Assembly: GCA_013115125.1 (NCBI GenBank)
Contig: JABANN010000121.1
Coordinates: forward strand, 48,203 to 68,202
DNA length: 20,000 nucleotides
Source of the DNA: Perkinsus olseni
Lineage: Eukaryota
Direction of reading: 5' to 3'
The notes beneath the pieces were generated by a model. The model did not search any database. It saw only the letters and a list, made by a program, of their open reading frames with translations, and had not been told where the DNA came from. The first letter of the stretch is position 1. Every line of letters starts with the position of its first letter. Below, one piece after another: positions 1 through 9,779 of the stretch. The translations under genes and the position numbers were made by a program.

Positions 1-44
1 CTAATGAAGCTGGTGTCGTGCGTGAACGAGCAATCGCTAGGTGC

Positions 45-440
45 TCATGGAGTAGAATGCTCCAGGATTATCGTTTTACCCCCGACCTCAGTGAACATCT
101 TGCTGGGGGAAACAAAGTACAGGTGGTTGAAATCGTCAGCCAACAGCACATTGCCGCAAATACGATTGACATCCTGCTTGAACTTATTCAAGGGTTCATA
201 ACTAGAGGAGTCGTCGACTCCGAGTCGATGGCATACTCGACGTTGCTGAAATGACTACCACTGGGGGATGTAAGGGTAAGGCCATGCACCGATGCCGTTT
301 TGGACTCCGCGCATGTCACTGTAATCCCTAAGTCTCCAGATATTGCCGCGTTGAAAACTACAACTTGTAGTCGATCTCGAGATCCACGGAGCTGTGACGG
401 AATGATACTTTTGGTAGGTTTCCGAACTCAGGCGTGTTAG
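45..440 (-). pseudogene. Probable frameshifted fragment of a small secreted-type hypothetical protein
   Basis: Two adjacent minus-strand frames read as protein-like sequence: ...LQVVVFNAAISGDLGITVTCAESKTASVHGLTLTSPSGSHFSNVEYAIDSES, then ...SSYEPLNKFKQDVNRICGNVLLADDFNHLYFVSPSKMFTEVGGKTIILEHSTP* (TGA at 45-47). They join only by a frameshift near 205-225. A hydrophobic ATG-initiated segment (MTFLIGLFWTILRA, ATG at 653) lies upstream. Family identity is not established. Confidence 0.3.
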
Positions 441-664
441 TCAACTCATTCAGAACGCAGTCAGGAAGACCGGGGTAGTTGAGGCCAAGTAAGTCACCAT
501 TGAAGTTTGCTTCTGAATCCGAGCCTTCAGGTCGGCCAGGGCCTTGCTACCGATGAGTTTCTCCACACCAGAAGTAGCCCGTAGCATTCGGCGAGAACAT
601 TGATCGCTAGTTGCACGTAGAATAGTCCAGAAGAGGCCAATGAGGAACGTCATGATCGAGACTA

Positions 665-811
665 CACCATTTCCCGTGCAAGTTTGACAAGTGACCAGGC
701 AAGAATGACAATGTGACAAGCAAGTTTGACAATGAACACGCAAGTCACACCAAGAATGTCAATGTTGAGTCCAAGTTGTCCATGTACTTCCTGCTTGCAC
801 GGGAAATGGTG
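665..811. mobile_element. MITE (non-autonomous TIR element, Tc1/mariner-type TA target)
   Basis: Perfect 18-bp terminal inverted repeats CACCATTTCCCGTGCAAG (665-682) and CTTGCACGGGAAATGGTG (794-811), flanked by TA at 663-664 and 812-813. The inverted match extends to 21 bp (662-682 / 794-814). It is 147 bp long, with no transposase and an internal ~21-bp degenerate repeat. Confidence 0.8.
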
Positions 812-1033
812 TAGAAAACCTCTTTACGCAGCCCGTCTCATCAGACTCATCAGGCAATTTGGCAAGTAAAACAAATAAATGGACCCACAGTGAAGTCATT
901 GTGAAGGGCCACGTTGGTGCCGAAGAACACGTGGTCGCCACGTACAGACTGTACGGTGCTTTCGTAAAATCACGTTAGCTTACAGTGCTTTTATGTCATA
1001 ATCTACGGCTTATATGTGATAATTTATGATTCA

Positions 1034-1072
1034 TGCCATCATGTGACACTGATTCAGTGCCGCATGATGGCA
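1034..1072. repeat. Near-perfect 39-bp palindrome with CATGATG motifs
   Basis: TGCCATCATGTGACACTGA-T-TCAGTGCCGCATGATGGCA: 19-bp arms with 2 mismatches, followed by two more CATGATGC copies at about 1073-1090. Confidence 0.75.
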
Positions 1073-2140
1073 CATGATGCGCCATGATGCCATCTGTCTT
1101 CTATACCTCTACCAGGTACTTAACCCACTGGGAGTTGTGTATTTTTGTTTATCGGTTTACACTGCTTATCAGGTGCTATATAGTGAGAGTTACAATGGGG
1201 AAACCGGTTACAGTGTGAGGCTCTTGAAGGATCATAACCGTCTTCAAGATTCTGCTTCAACGTGGTTACTCTTTGTCGGTTAGTCTTCTTGTCGAAGCTT
1301 GTTGAAGGTACGGCAAAATATCCTGTACAAAACTTCTGCCTCCTAGCAAAAAATGGTTCCCGCACAGCTTAAGCTTTTTACCAAGTCTCGGGACCTTTGT
1401 GCCCAGTCCCTCGTTTTCACAAGAGTCGCTAAGTACCGGGATAGAGCGAGGGAGCTTTCTGCGGAGAGGAGTATATCACGACTACCATCTCCAGAATTAG
1501 AATCTGTAGACAGTGACCAGGGCACTGTGTCCTAACCTCTAAAAATGCAAGTTAGGGTTCACAGTTCACAGTCAAATGAACATCTTAGCTGGTCGCAGGT
1601 TCGATTCCTAGCGGAGACATGTGTTTCACAAATTTTGCGAAAAGCGGTTGCGGATACAGCGCATCCGATACAACTACTTGAGGACGAGCTTTGGCTAGGG
1701 TTTCCAGTTCAAACTCGATCAAGGTTATCTCTGCACACGTAATTTGCATCTTCAGATGTCCGGTACTGTAGCCTCGTGAGGCAACGTTATCTCTTGGAGC
1801 CTTCCAAACTGCCTTTCATGATGGCATATTGGCGTCCAAAGCTCGTGGATCTGGAATGTAGCGATCCAAAAGTCCTCGCCTTATCTCCTTACTCTTAGAA
1901 TCGGTCATCATGAGAGCCATGTGTCGTGGGATGGCCCTCACCGTGTTAATATTTCGAGAGGAAACTGTTATAAGATGCCGCCGGCAGGCCTGTTGGGCGC
2001 GCGATATCCTTACTAGGGATTGTGAGCGGCGCGCAACTGCACGTGTGGCCATTCCGGCATTCGGAACACCAGCATATAGAACTATATCATACTATTGTAG
2101 GGGGCGGACTGAAGAGACCAGGGCAGGCAATAGCGAGATT

Positions 2141-2163
2141 GCATGATGCAATTTGCATCATGC
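2141..2163. repeat. Perfect 23-bp palindrome
   Basis: GCATGATGCAA-T-TTGCATCATGC: 11-bp perfect arms with the same CATGATG core as 1034-1090. Confidence 0.75.
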
Positions 2164-2560
2164 TCATTAGCGCTGCGGCCGACAACCCAGAACAAATACC
2201 GGTGAATTCACTCGTATCCTATGACCGTTCCTGGAGCCATCTCCGCCGCCTTTTCCAGTGCCGTCATACGTGGCAAGATATTAGGAGGCGTGAATCGAGG
2301 GAACGAGCTGGACTCGATCGCTAAGCTGACCGAACAAGTTCTTCATTTTTTGAGTGCGCGCAAGCCTCAAAGGCAAAGTGGATGATGTACACTCTCATAA
2401 TTGACACGTCCCATGGAGACGGATTGGGTGCGTGCTGGCGCTTGGCCTGAACGCGTGATCTGCCTGTACATCATTCGCGAGGCGGCTGTGGGCTTCGAGA
2501 AGTAGTCTGTGAAGCTGCTTGTTCCCACGGAAATGAAATTCCCTAAGCGTCAGTTCTCCC

Positions 2561-3436
2561 ATGGCCGATCCACCGCGACGTAGCTTCGCTAATTTAATTC
2601 CTCATCATAGCGGCTACGGGCTATCAGTCGGGAACACCACCATCCCGTCCTCCCTTGATAAGAGCTCTCCACCCGGGAATTTCGGCAACTTCCCCCGCCG
2701 AAAATGGTCGATGGAAGGAGCTCCGAGGGTCTTGTTGCTTCTTTTTCTTAACGGTGCGGTATTATATTTGGCGCTCAATATGCTTCTTATTCTTATCAAA
2801 TATGTCGCCATCCAATACTTCGTGCCTGGCTGGCACATCGAGGTGAGGGAATTCAACCTTGGTCAAGACCCTCCTTCGCTAGGTAGTCCACCTCCTGATT
2901 TTCTTCATCTTCCTCCAGGCTCGGACTTGGAGGCCCACTTCTCGCTTATGCTGTCGATCACGAATAACCCCTCGTGGTTGAAGGTCACGGTCTCCACCCT
3001 CCAGATGTCCTACGCATTGGGTGCAATCTTGGACGTTCCCTTGGAAGAAAATATCACATTTCATGGAGATAGAGACGTCCCTGTTAGATTCTCAGTACCC
3101 TTCCACCGGCTTAACGAAATTGGTCATTACTGCCTCCGTCACTTCGTGAGCACCGAGGAGTCCCTCCCACTCGAGATCATTACAGACGCGAAGATTTCCC
3201 TCTTCGGGGTGACCAGTGAGTCCTGTGTAGTGGAAAGTCTCGTTGCTACAAGCTTCTCTGCGAACAACCCTGGCACAATCCCTTTCCCACGGAGGCTAGT
3301 CAAAGGTTGTGAGAAGACCTACGCGAACTTCTTGGAGAAATGGCTAAGCACTAGACACGAGAACGGCTATCCAGTACAGCTCAACCCGCCCTACAGCGAC
3401 TGCTGCCTGCTCATATCGCAAGTGGTAATGGCGTAG
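2561..3436 (+). CDS. Type II membrane protein with LEA_2/WHy-like beta-sandwich domain (291 aa, intronless)
   Basis: Long ATG-initiated ORF with a low-complexity N-terminus and one hydrophobic helix (VLLLLFLNGAVLYLALNMLLILIKYVAIQYF). It continues with alternating beta-strands and LSITNNPSWLKVTVSTLQMSY, which resembles the L-x-V-x-NPN motif of LEA_2/WHy domains. Confidence 0.65.
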   Translation: MADPPRRSFANLIPHHSGYGLSVGNTTIPSSLDKSSPPGNFGNFPRRKWSMEGAPRVLLLLFLNGAVLYLALNMLLILIKYVAIQYFVPGWHIEVREFNLGQDPPSLGSPPPDFLHLPPGSDLEAHFSLMLSITNNPSWLKVTVSTLQMSYALGAILDVPLEENITFHGDRDVPVRFSVPFHRLNEIGHYCLRHFVSTEESLPLEIITDAKISLFGVTSESCVVESLVATSFSANNPGTIPFPRRLVKGCEKTYANFLEKWLSTRHENGYPVQLNPPYSDCCLLISQVVMA

Positions 3437-4019
3437 GCTCCTAGAAGCCAAAGCGCCCTCGTGCGCACACCAGTGATTCTTTATCAATCATTCTTGCCTG
3501 CATCATTCTTTGATGATTTGATTCCCGTCACTTTGCCCAAGATCCACCGATCTTCAGGTCATCAGGTGGCTAGTGTTGTCAGGAGGGATTTGAGGTGCCA
3601 CGCAGGCATGCAGCCATGAACCAAGGTCGGCTCGACGAGTACAGTCAACCGGGGAGAGAGCCTTCCGCATCGTCGTAGTTAGTGCAAATGCAGTGTAATG
3701 CGATGTCACGGCCGTTTTCCGTCTGCCAATGTCTAGTCAACTTGGTGGGCGACAGATGACCATTGATTGATGTCCCGAACAGCAAGGCAAGCGTAGGTCA
3801 CCAGCACAAGACGTGCCCTAGATGGATTCACATTATGTGTACCGACGCACATTTCAAGTAGAGCACCCCACTGAGATTTTTGCGAGCGCAGTGGCGTTCA
3901 GCATAACAAACGATAACTCGAGTCATCGACGATAAATGAATCACAGCATGGGCATGCGAACCTTTCGCATCAAGCAAGTTGCCTGAAAGAAGCGGAAGCT
4001 TCGGTAAAGACTAGTGTGA

Positions 4020-7000
4020 CTATGCATGGATAGACATGAGGTGCGTCGGCTTCTTTGCCTTCAATGCTTCGATCACAGAAGAATCGACCTCCGGATTAGG
4101 TTGGCATATTAAATCGTACACTGGCCCCCCGCAGAGATCAACGATCCCGTACCTAGGCAACAATAGCTCCTCTCATTGTGAGTGGCAAACTGAAGCCTCA
4201 CATTCGCTGTGTCCTCAGGCGCCTCAGTAGTGATCTGTCCAATTCATCGCTAACAAAGACGGCCCAGTGATTCACGAGCACGCAGATACGGCCGCCAATA
4301 AGAACCTGCAGGAGGAGGGGCAAGTTTCTGCAGTAAACTGACTTGTCTTAGCCTCACCAGTTCAACTTCATCACCAACTCCCGGCAGGAGCGATTCTTGT
4401 AGTTTCATCCACTGCCGGCCATCGTAGAAAGACGTGTATAGCGTTCGCCGCTGAGTGTCCCTCACTCTGCTGCCGACTGGGCTGCTAAAGTTGTATCCAA
4501 ACAGGCAGTTATCTGAAGGGAATACCATTCCCAGTTAAGCGTTGAGTTCTACGCTGAGAGGGTTTAACCAATGAGGGTGAGGGGTCCCGCGGTCGAGCTG
4601 ACTCACTCTTCTTTCCGGGGATCTCGCTGATGTCGTCTCGTGTCGCAAATCCGATCCCGAACATGCCGTGATGGCCGTCGTCGGTGGGGTAGTTCTGTAC
4701 GCCCCGAACCAAGACCTTGAACGACCTGCAAGACACGGGCGATGCGCTTAATCTCGGGTATAGTCCGATCGACTCACTGGTATATCTCTCCGCCCCTTCT
4801 CCCGCCAAATTGCTCCGACAGGGGGGCGTGGGTGACCGCCCACGTTGCGCCGCAAGGATCGCCGCAAGTTAATTGGTCAGTGGGCGTCCTCAAAAACACC
4901 CTCTGGCCTTGACACCGGATCGCGCTAGATGCCCTGAGTATGAAAAGCGGTAATAGCTCACCTCACAAGCCGGAACGGTTCTGTTGTGAACTCCTGAGCG
5001 AAGCAGCTGCGACCGTGCCAGAGAGTTATTGGAGGAACAGTAGGCAACGCCAGAGAGTTATTCACGACGCAGGAGATACCAGGATTCAGGATGCAGTATT
5101 CAGGGGATGCCACACGAAATACCAGCACGCTAACCGCCACGATTCTGCATGAAGCACCGACTCACCACCTGGAAGTTCCAGGCTGGAACACTTACCCTCT
5201 CATGATATTCCGGTCATCTCGAGAATCGCTAGTGACGCTCGTAGCAGAGAACACATCGCTGCTACTGCTGCTGCTGCTGTAGCTCGTGCCATCGCCAAGG
5301 TCACGGCGTGTGCCAAAATGTTGCTCCATCGACTTCCGGAAAACCCGAGCCGCCGAGATCGGTACTCCAGGCGTTGGCGTCTGCGACGAAGTGCTCTCCG
5401 CAACCCGAGGGGGCCTAAATGTCGGAAATGGCTACAAGTCGGGCGCTCGTCATTACCTCGTCGCTAGCACGGACCGTTTCGGTCTACTACTCTCTACCGA
5501 GGCCGTCGATTCGCGGCTGAACGTGCTGTTGCTAAGGGTGTACACACCCATCTCCTCGACTTTTGGCTGGGGCGGTTGCCCCACACCGGATCGAGCCGAC
5601 AGTGGACTGGCGTCGGCAGGGTTCTTAACGCTGCTAATCGTCCTTCCCTTCATCACTTCTTCAGGTATCACGGGACAGGCATCGCCCAGCTTCGCTCCGC
5701 CAGAAAGTTTGAGCTTTCTGAACTCTTCCCAGCCGCTGATTTTTTCTCCCAATGCTAGCCAGTGCTTGTCAGACGAGCGTAGACTCAGCCTAATGGCACT
5801 CTTGCCGAGGACCTCCAAGAAGATACCCAAAGATTCTCGTGTAGTCGCTAGGTTATATTGCCGTTTATCGAGACCGCTAGTGTCTGACACTACAATCTTC
5901 ATGCCTCTCGTGTTCACCGTGAAGGTTCTGTTTCCGAGTACCAAAGCATCGCTTGCGTCCCCGGACAGTATCCACAGTAACGAAAGGAACCTCCCGCCAC
6001 TGAAAGGTCCCAGTTTACATCTTTTCGCCACAGGAGGGAGCACAGAGATGACTGACGGTGTACTACAGTAGACCCTGCCGCGTCCCCGCAACTTCAACTC
6101 TCCAACCGGTTTGGCGTTGCCATCAGTATGAAGACGCCATACCCCCGAATTAATGGACACCAAACAACATGTCCCCACCGGGAATCGAACCCGCATCTCT
6201 CCCCCGTCCAGCGTTGCCTTCAGTATGAGATTCTCATTACGTCTCACGACGAACTGCTTCATGCCTTCTCCAGCTAGGACTTCCCGATGCCTCATCCACT
6301 GTCGCCAACCCCGGAAATAGGATTGAATTCTTATCGCAGATCTCCGAATCCTCCAGAGCCTTTGAACGAAGGTTATTGCCCACTCCAATCGTTCCGCTAA
6401 CATTTTTGATATTTTACACCGGGTCTTGCCTCCTCGGTACACTGCTTGGATAAGCTTCGCCGCCAGTATCTTTTTCCGTACGCGGGCTAGGATTAACGCG
6501 GCTCCAGTAGCCGATACTATCAGTCCCCGAAACCTACGACGGCGACTTCGGCGAACATCTAGAATTCGTCGGACAACTTTGCCTCGGAAGGCCGCCTGGA
6601 GCTTCATCGCAGCTTCTGTCCTCCTCCAGCGTTCCCGCCAGGCCTCTACGTCATCCCTTGCTTGCGATAAAGTTCGAGAACTATGACGCGCCGCAGCACC
6701 ATCTTCGTCGATAGTGGACACCACGTCCATCCTTGCACGATTTCTCAGTACTCGAAGCGACGATCGGCTTCTTTCGGAGGAGGCCTTCTTCTCTCTGCTC
6801 CTATGTTTTCGTCGCGGAGACCGCCTCGTCGCCTCGGTAGAGCGGGAAGATTCCAGTGACTCAGCCAAATCCGAGCTTGTCACTCGCGACTTGATCTTCG
6901 ATTTTCTCTTCGAAGGTTCTCTCCTCGGCTTTCGCCGCGTTCCATCCCCCTCGTCTGCGACGTGTAATGCAGTCGGTGGCGCAAAGTGAACACGACTCAT
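4020..7000 (-). CDS. IQ calmodulin-binding motif protein with C-terminal Neuralized(NHR)/SPRY-like domain (~867 aa, 8 exons)
   Basis: Hand-spliced exons: 7000-5457, 5414-5196, 5144-4962, 4924-4778, 4725-4607, 4512-4358, 4305-4202, 4152-4020. All introns are GT-AG (37-94 nt) and the frame is continuous to TAG at 4020-4022. IQ motifs: LQAAFRGKVVRR, IQAVYRGGKTR, VQRLWR, IQSYFRGWRQW. NHR/SPRY-like motifs: AVTHAPL, SFKVLV, GMFGIGFAT, GVGDEVELVL, ICVLVN, YGIVDLCG. Exon 3 boundaries are the least certain. Confidence 0.8.
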
Positions 7001-7805
7001 GTGGAAGGCCACCTCTTGAGATGATTTCGTAGATGCGCAGCACTTATGCGTGCGCCCGATCAATCGATATCTGGCGCGTTCGAGCTTTATCGGCTAAGCA
7101 CGCATACGCAGTACTGTCGCGTACTTGGCGGTGCGATGTGGTAGAGGGTAGACGAAATGTGCAGTGTGTTGATTCCATGATAAGTTGCAGCGGCTGGTTG
7201 CTCTCAGTCATCGCAAAACGGGAAGGAGTGTAGAGTCTTTCTTCCTCTGCAATCTAAGCTCACTCTATCGAGAGGGATCAGCTATCCACGCATACGCAAG
7301 GCGATCGGCGCATAATGAGTAACAGTGCCCCAGCACACTCGAGTAGCCAGTCAACTCGACGCCTGGTGTGACGACCTGATGGGATGTCAAACCGCGTTGC
7401 ATACCCTTGCAATGGGGCTTTGGATAATGGAACATTTCACAAGGACGTCTCTCTAGAACACCCGATGGCTCTGGATCAGGCTCAGCGTTGGAGTCGAAGC
7501 AATGTGGAAATTGTCCTTGATCAGCATAGCTGGATCGATCCGTTGCGTTTCATAATCTCCTGCGCGTTCGCGACTGGCAACGACCATCGTCCATTTAGTG
7601 GGGCTTCTCCGTATGTGAACCACGGCACTATACATGTGAAGCATGATGGTGACTAGGTGCACGGCTTGCAAACACGAATAATGGAACATTGGGTGCAATC
7701 TGGAAAGCAGGATCTTAAGGACTAGAGCTTCTTGTGCTGCTTGCGCTAAGGCACCTGCGATGCTCCGTTCGCCGTTATCTTTCTTGTTTTCTCTGTGTCA
7801 TCGGA

Positions 7806-9779
7806 ATGGTAACAGCGACACCGGAATGGAAATCGAGAGCCATCACTTCCTTACGACTCGTCCTAGGGAGCATTGTCCTCATTGCGACATGTAGGTCACT
7901 GAAAAGTTCATCACGCAGCGAAGCAGCTCGCTCAGGCTCCCTTCTGTTGCGGCCCGGCAGGTGGTATGCCTTTCCAACGGGCTCCAGCATCTCTCTTGAG
8001 GCTGAGGTCTCGGACGAACCCATCAGCAGTGGATGCGCCAAATATTTCCCGTCTTATCAATTTACTGCGACCAAGCCCAACTTCACATGCCCCTTTGAGA
8101 ACGTGGTGCGGGGTCAAGTTGAGGAGAATACACTGTGTGGCGGCTTCTCGCCGGCAGACAATAATTCGAAAACGTACATTCCTCCTGATCCGGACACGTT
8201 CTGCAACCTGGAACCAATACCCCCGATATGTCTCGAGGAGTCTTTCCGTCGAGTGAAAAGCCAAGACCCCGCCTCCGATGCTCTCAGCTTTGACGATGAC
8301 GAGTATACACCTTTCATGGAGTATCAGAGCGATAGGTGGGGACACTCGGAGGCCGAATCTTCCGCGACGAATAACGCTGGGTCTCCGCGATGCATCTCCT
8401 ATTGAGTGATGGCCTGTGCGCGACCCGACACACTTTTAGATACCGGTTTGCCTTGCACGTTCTGGACCACATAGGGTGTGGCCTGAGGTAGCGTGTGCTT
8501 GTTATAGGGTAGATCGTGAACGGTCACAGACAGATACTGGATTACGCAAGGAAACGCTATATCTATCATTCGCCATGGAGCGTTCTTCGGTCACATGCCG
8601 AATGGAAAGTGGGACTTAGTTGACTCTGACTTGGACATCAATATTATTTTGCCTAAGGCTCAAAGCACCGGTAAGAAAATTCTGAGGTGCGTTGTTCTTG
8701 CGGCAGTGTGAGCCCCGAGTTGAGGCGGTTCTGTTCTGTAGGTTTGACGCTGCGACACGTATTCAATCACCTGCAGCATAGCGGTGGGCGAATAAGCTGC
8801 AACGGAAAAGGGTTTTCTGAGAAGACCGTGTGAGCCAGTCAATCGCAGCCTCGGGGTCCCTCTCGGGATGCGCCTTCATTCGCTTCACGTTTGTCAGCCA
8901 CTGCTGGGTGCTGTGTCCGAAAGGCCAGAAAGTCTACGGTCTGACACAGCCATGGAAGCACTTGTCGGGTGGTAAGGAATGCCTGATTGAGGAGTACTGC
9001 GCAGTTGATGCTGATAAGAACTGCGGAGCGGTTGAGCTGAAGTGGGCCGCTGAAAATTAGAAATTGATGATTGTTGTGACATTTTAGATTGGTGCGAGAC
9101 CCTTCGCTGTTAACGGACGTTTTCCCGCTACTTCGAGTATGGTCGGGTCTCCCTCCTAGGCAGGAGTACCCAGTATGGGTAGCCGGCAACATAATTCGAG
9201 ACGCGAGAGCTCGATCGACTCTGGTTGGCTCGTCTTGCCTGCCCTTCCACGATAAGCCGCTGAATGTGAGCCCGCCGACTGAACTCACGCCCTCCGTGAT
9301 ACCGCACTTCTAACAGCTCGCTCGGTTTGCGAATGCTCGTAGAGAGCGGACGCCCGCCGGAGCTCTCACGACGGATCTCACTTTCCCAAGGGGCATAAGA
9401 GTGGCTTCGAATCTTAGCGTTCGAGTCCCAGCTGAGTGCCACTTAGCTGCGGAGATTGCGGGGTTTGGAATCGCCGATACGATCATGCTCTTTGGCCATG
9501 ATTCAGGGTCCGCTCAACATGCCTGCCCTCGCTAGGAAGCATTGCAACCGGTACGAGAAACGACTAGGACCCGAGAAGTATCATGCTCGGTGCGAACAAG
9601 CTCCGCGGTTGAGTACGGAGGAGCTGAGCGAATTGATTGCTCACGCTGAGCGGTTGAACAAGCGAGGGATGCCAAGCTTTTGGGACGCACTCGTGGAGAT
9701 GCTCACAACGAAGCAGTTCGGAGGATGCGCTAAACAAATGCCAAGCGAGCTGCCTGACCTGCAGAAACTCCTCGGGTGA
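7806..9779 (+). CDS. LicD/fukutin-family nucleotidyltransferase-fold phosphotransferase with N-terminal signal/anchor (~490 aa, ~8 exons)
   Basis: Exons: 7806-8335, 8440-8487, 8534-8670, 8742-8829, 8898-9041, 9088-9265, 9317-~9400, 9507-9779. The spliced product has ALHVLDHIGCGLRYWITQGNAISIIRHG...DLVDSDLDINI, matching the LicD pattern YWLxxGTLLGAVRHxG...DxDxD, and a downstream DVFPL motif. N-terminal hydrophobic segment LRLVLGSIVLIATC. The last donor site is uncertain. Confidence 0.75.

Noticed and set aside
450-743. Cys-rich 97-aa ORF (CQTCLSHCHSCLVTCQTC) resembling a zinc finger or metallothionein
   Set aside because: The Cys pattern is the translation of the MITE internal repeat, and the ORF lacks an ATG at that start.
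678-790. CRISPR-like or other repeat-spacer array
   Set aside because: Units are degenerate tandem repeats without unique spacers, there are no cas genes, and the context is eukaryotic.
1074-1535. Possible spliced plus-strand gene (intron-like 1116-1172 and about 1279-1346)
   Set aside because: I could not build a consistent reading frame or recognise a domain.
5258-5284. (GCT)n microsatellite
   Set aside because: Encodes a poly-Ser linker in exon 2 of the IQ/NHR gene; ordinary.
5426-5435. GTAGCCATTT on the minus strand, resembling part of the dinoflagellate/perkinsid spliced leader
   Set aside because: Only a 10-nt match, inside a 42-nt intron, and lacking the GGCTCAAG end; probably chance.
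5286-6071. 261-aa plus-strand ORF
   Set aside because: Antisense to the IQ/NHR gene, which has clear motifs and splice sites.
7734-8405. Stand-alone 223-aa secreted protein
   Set aside because: Better explained as exon 1 (ATG 7806, donor 8336) of the LicD-like gene.
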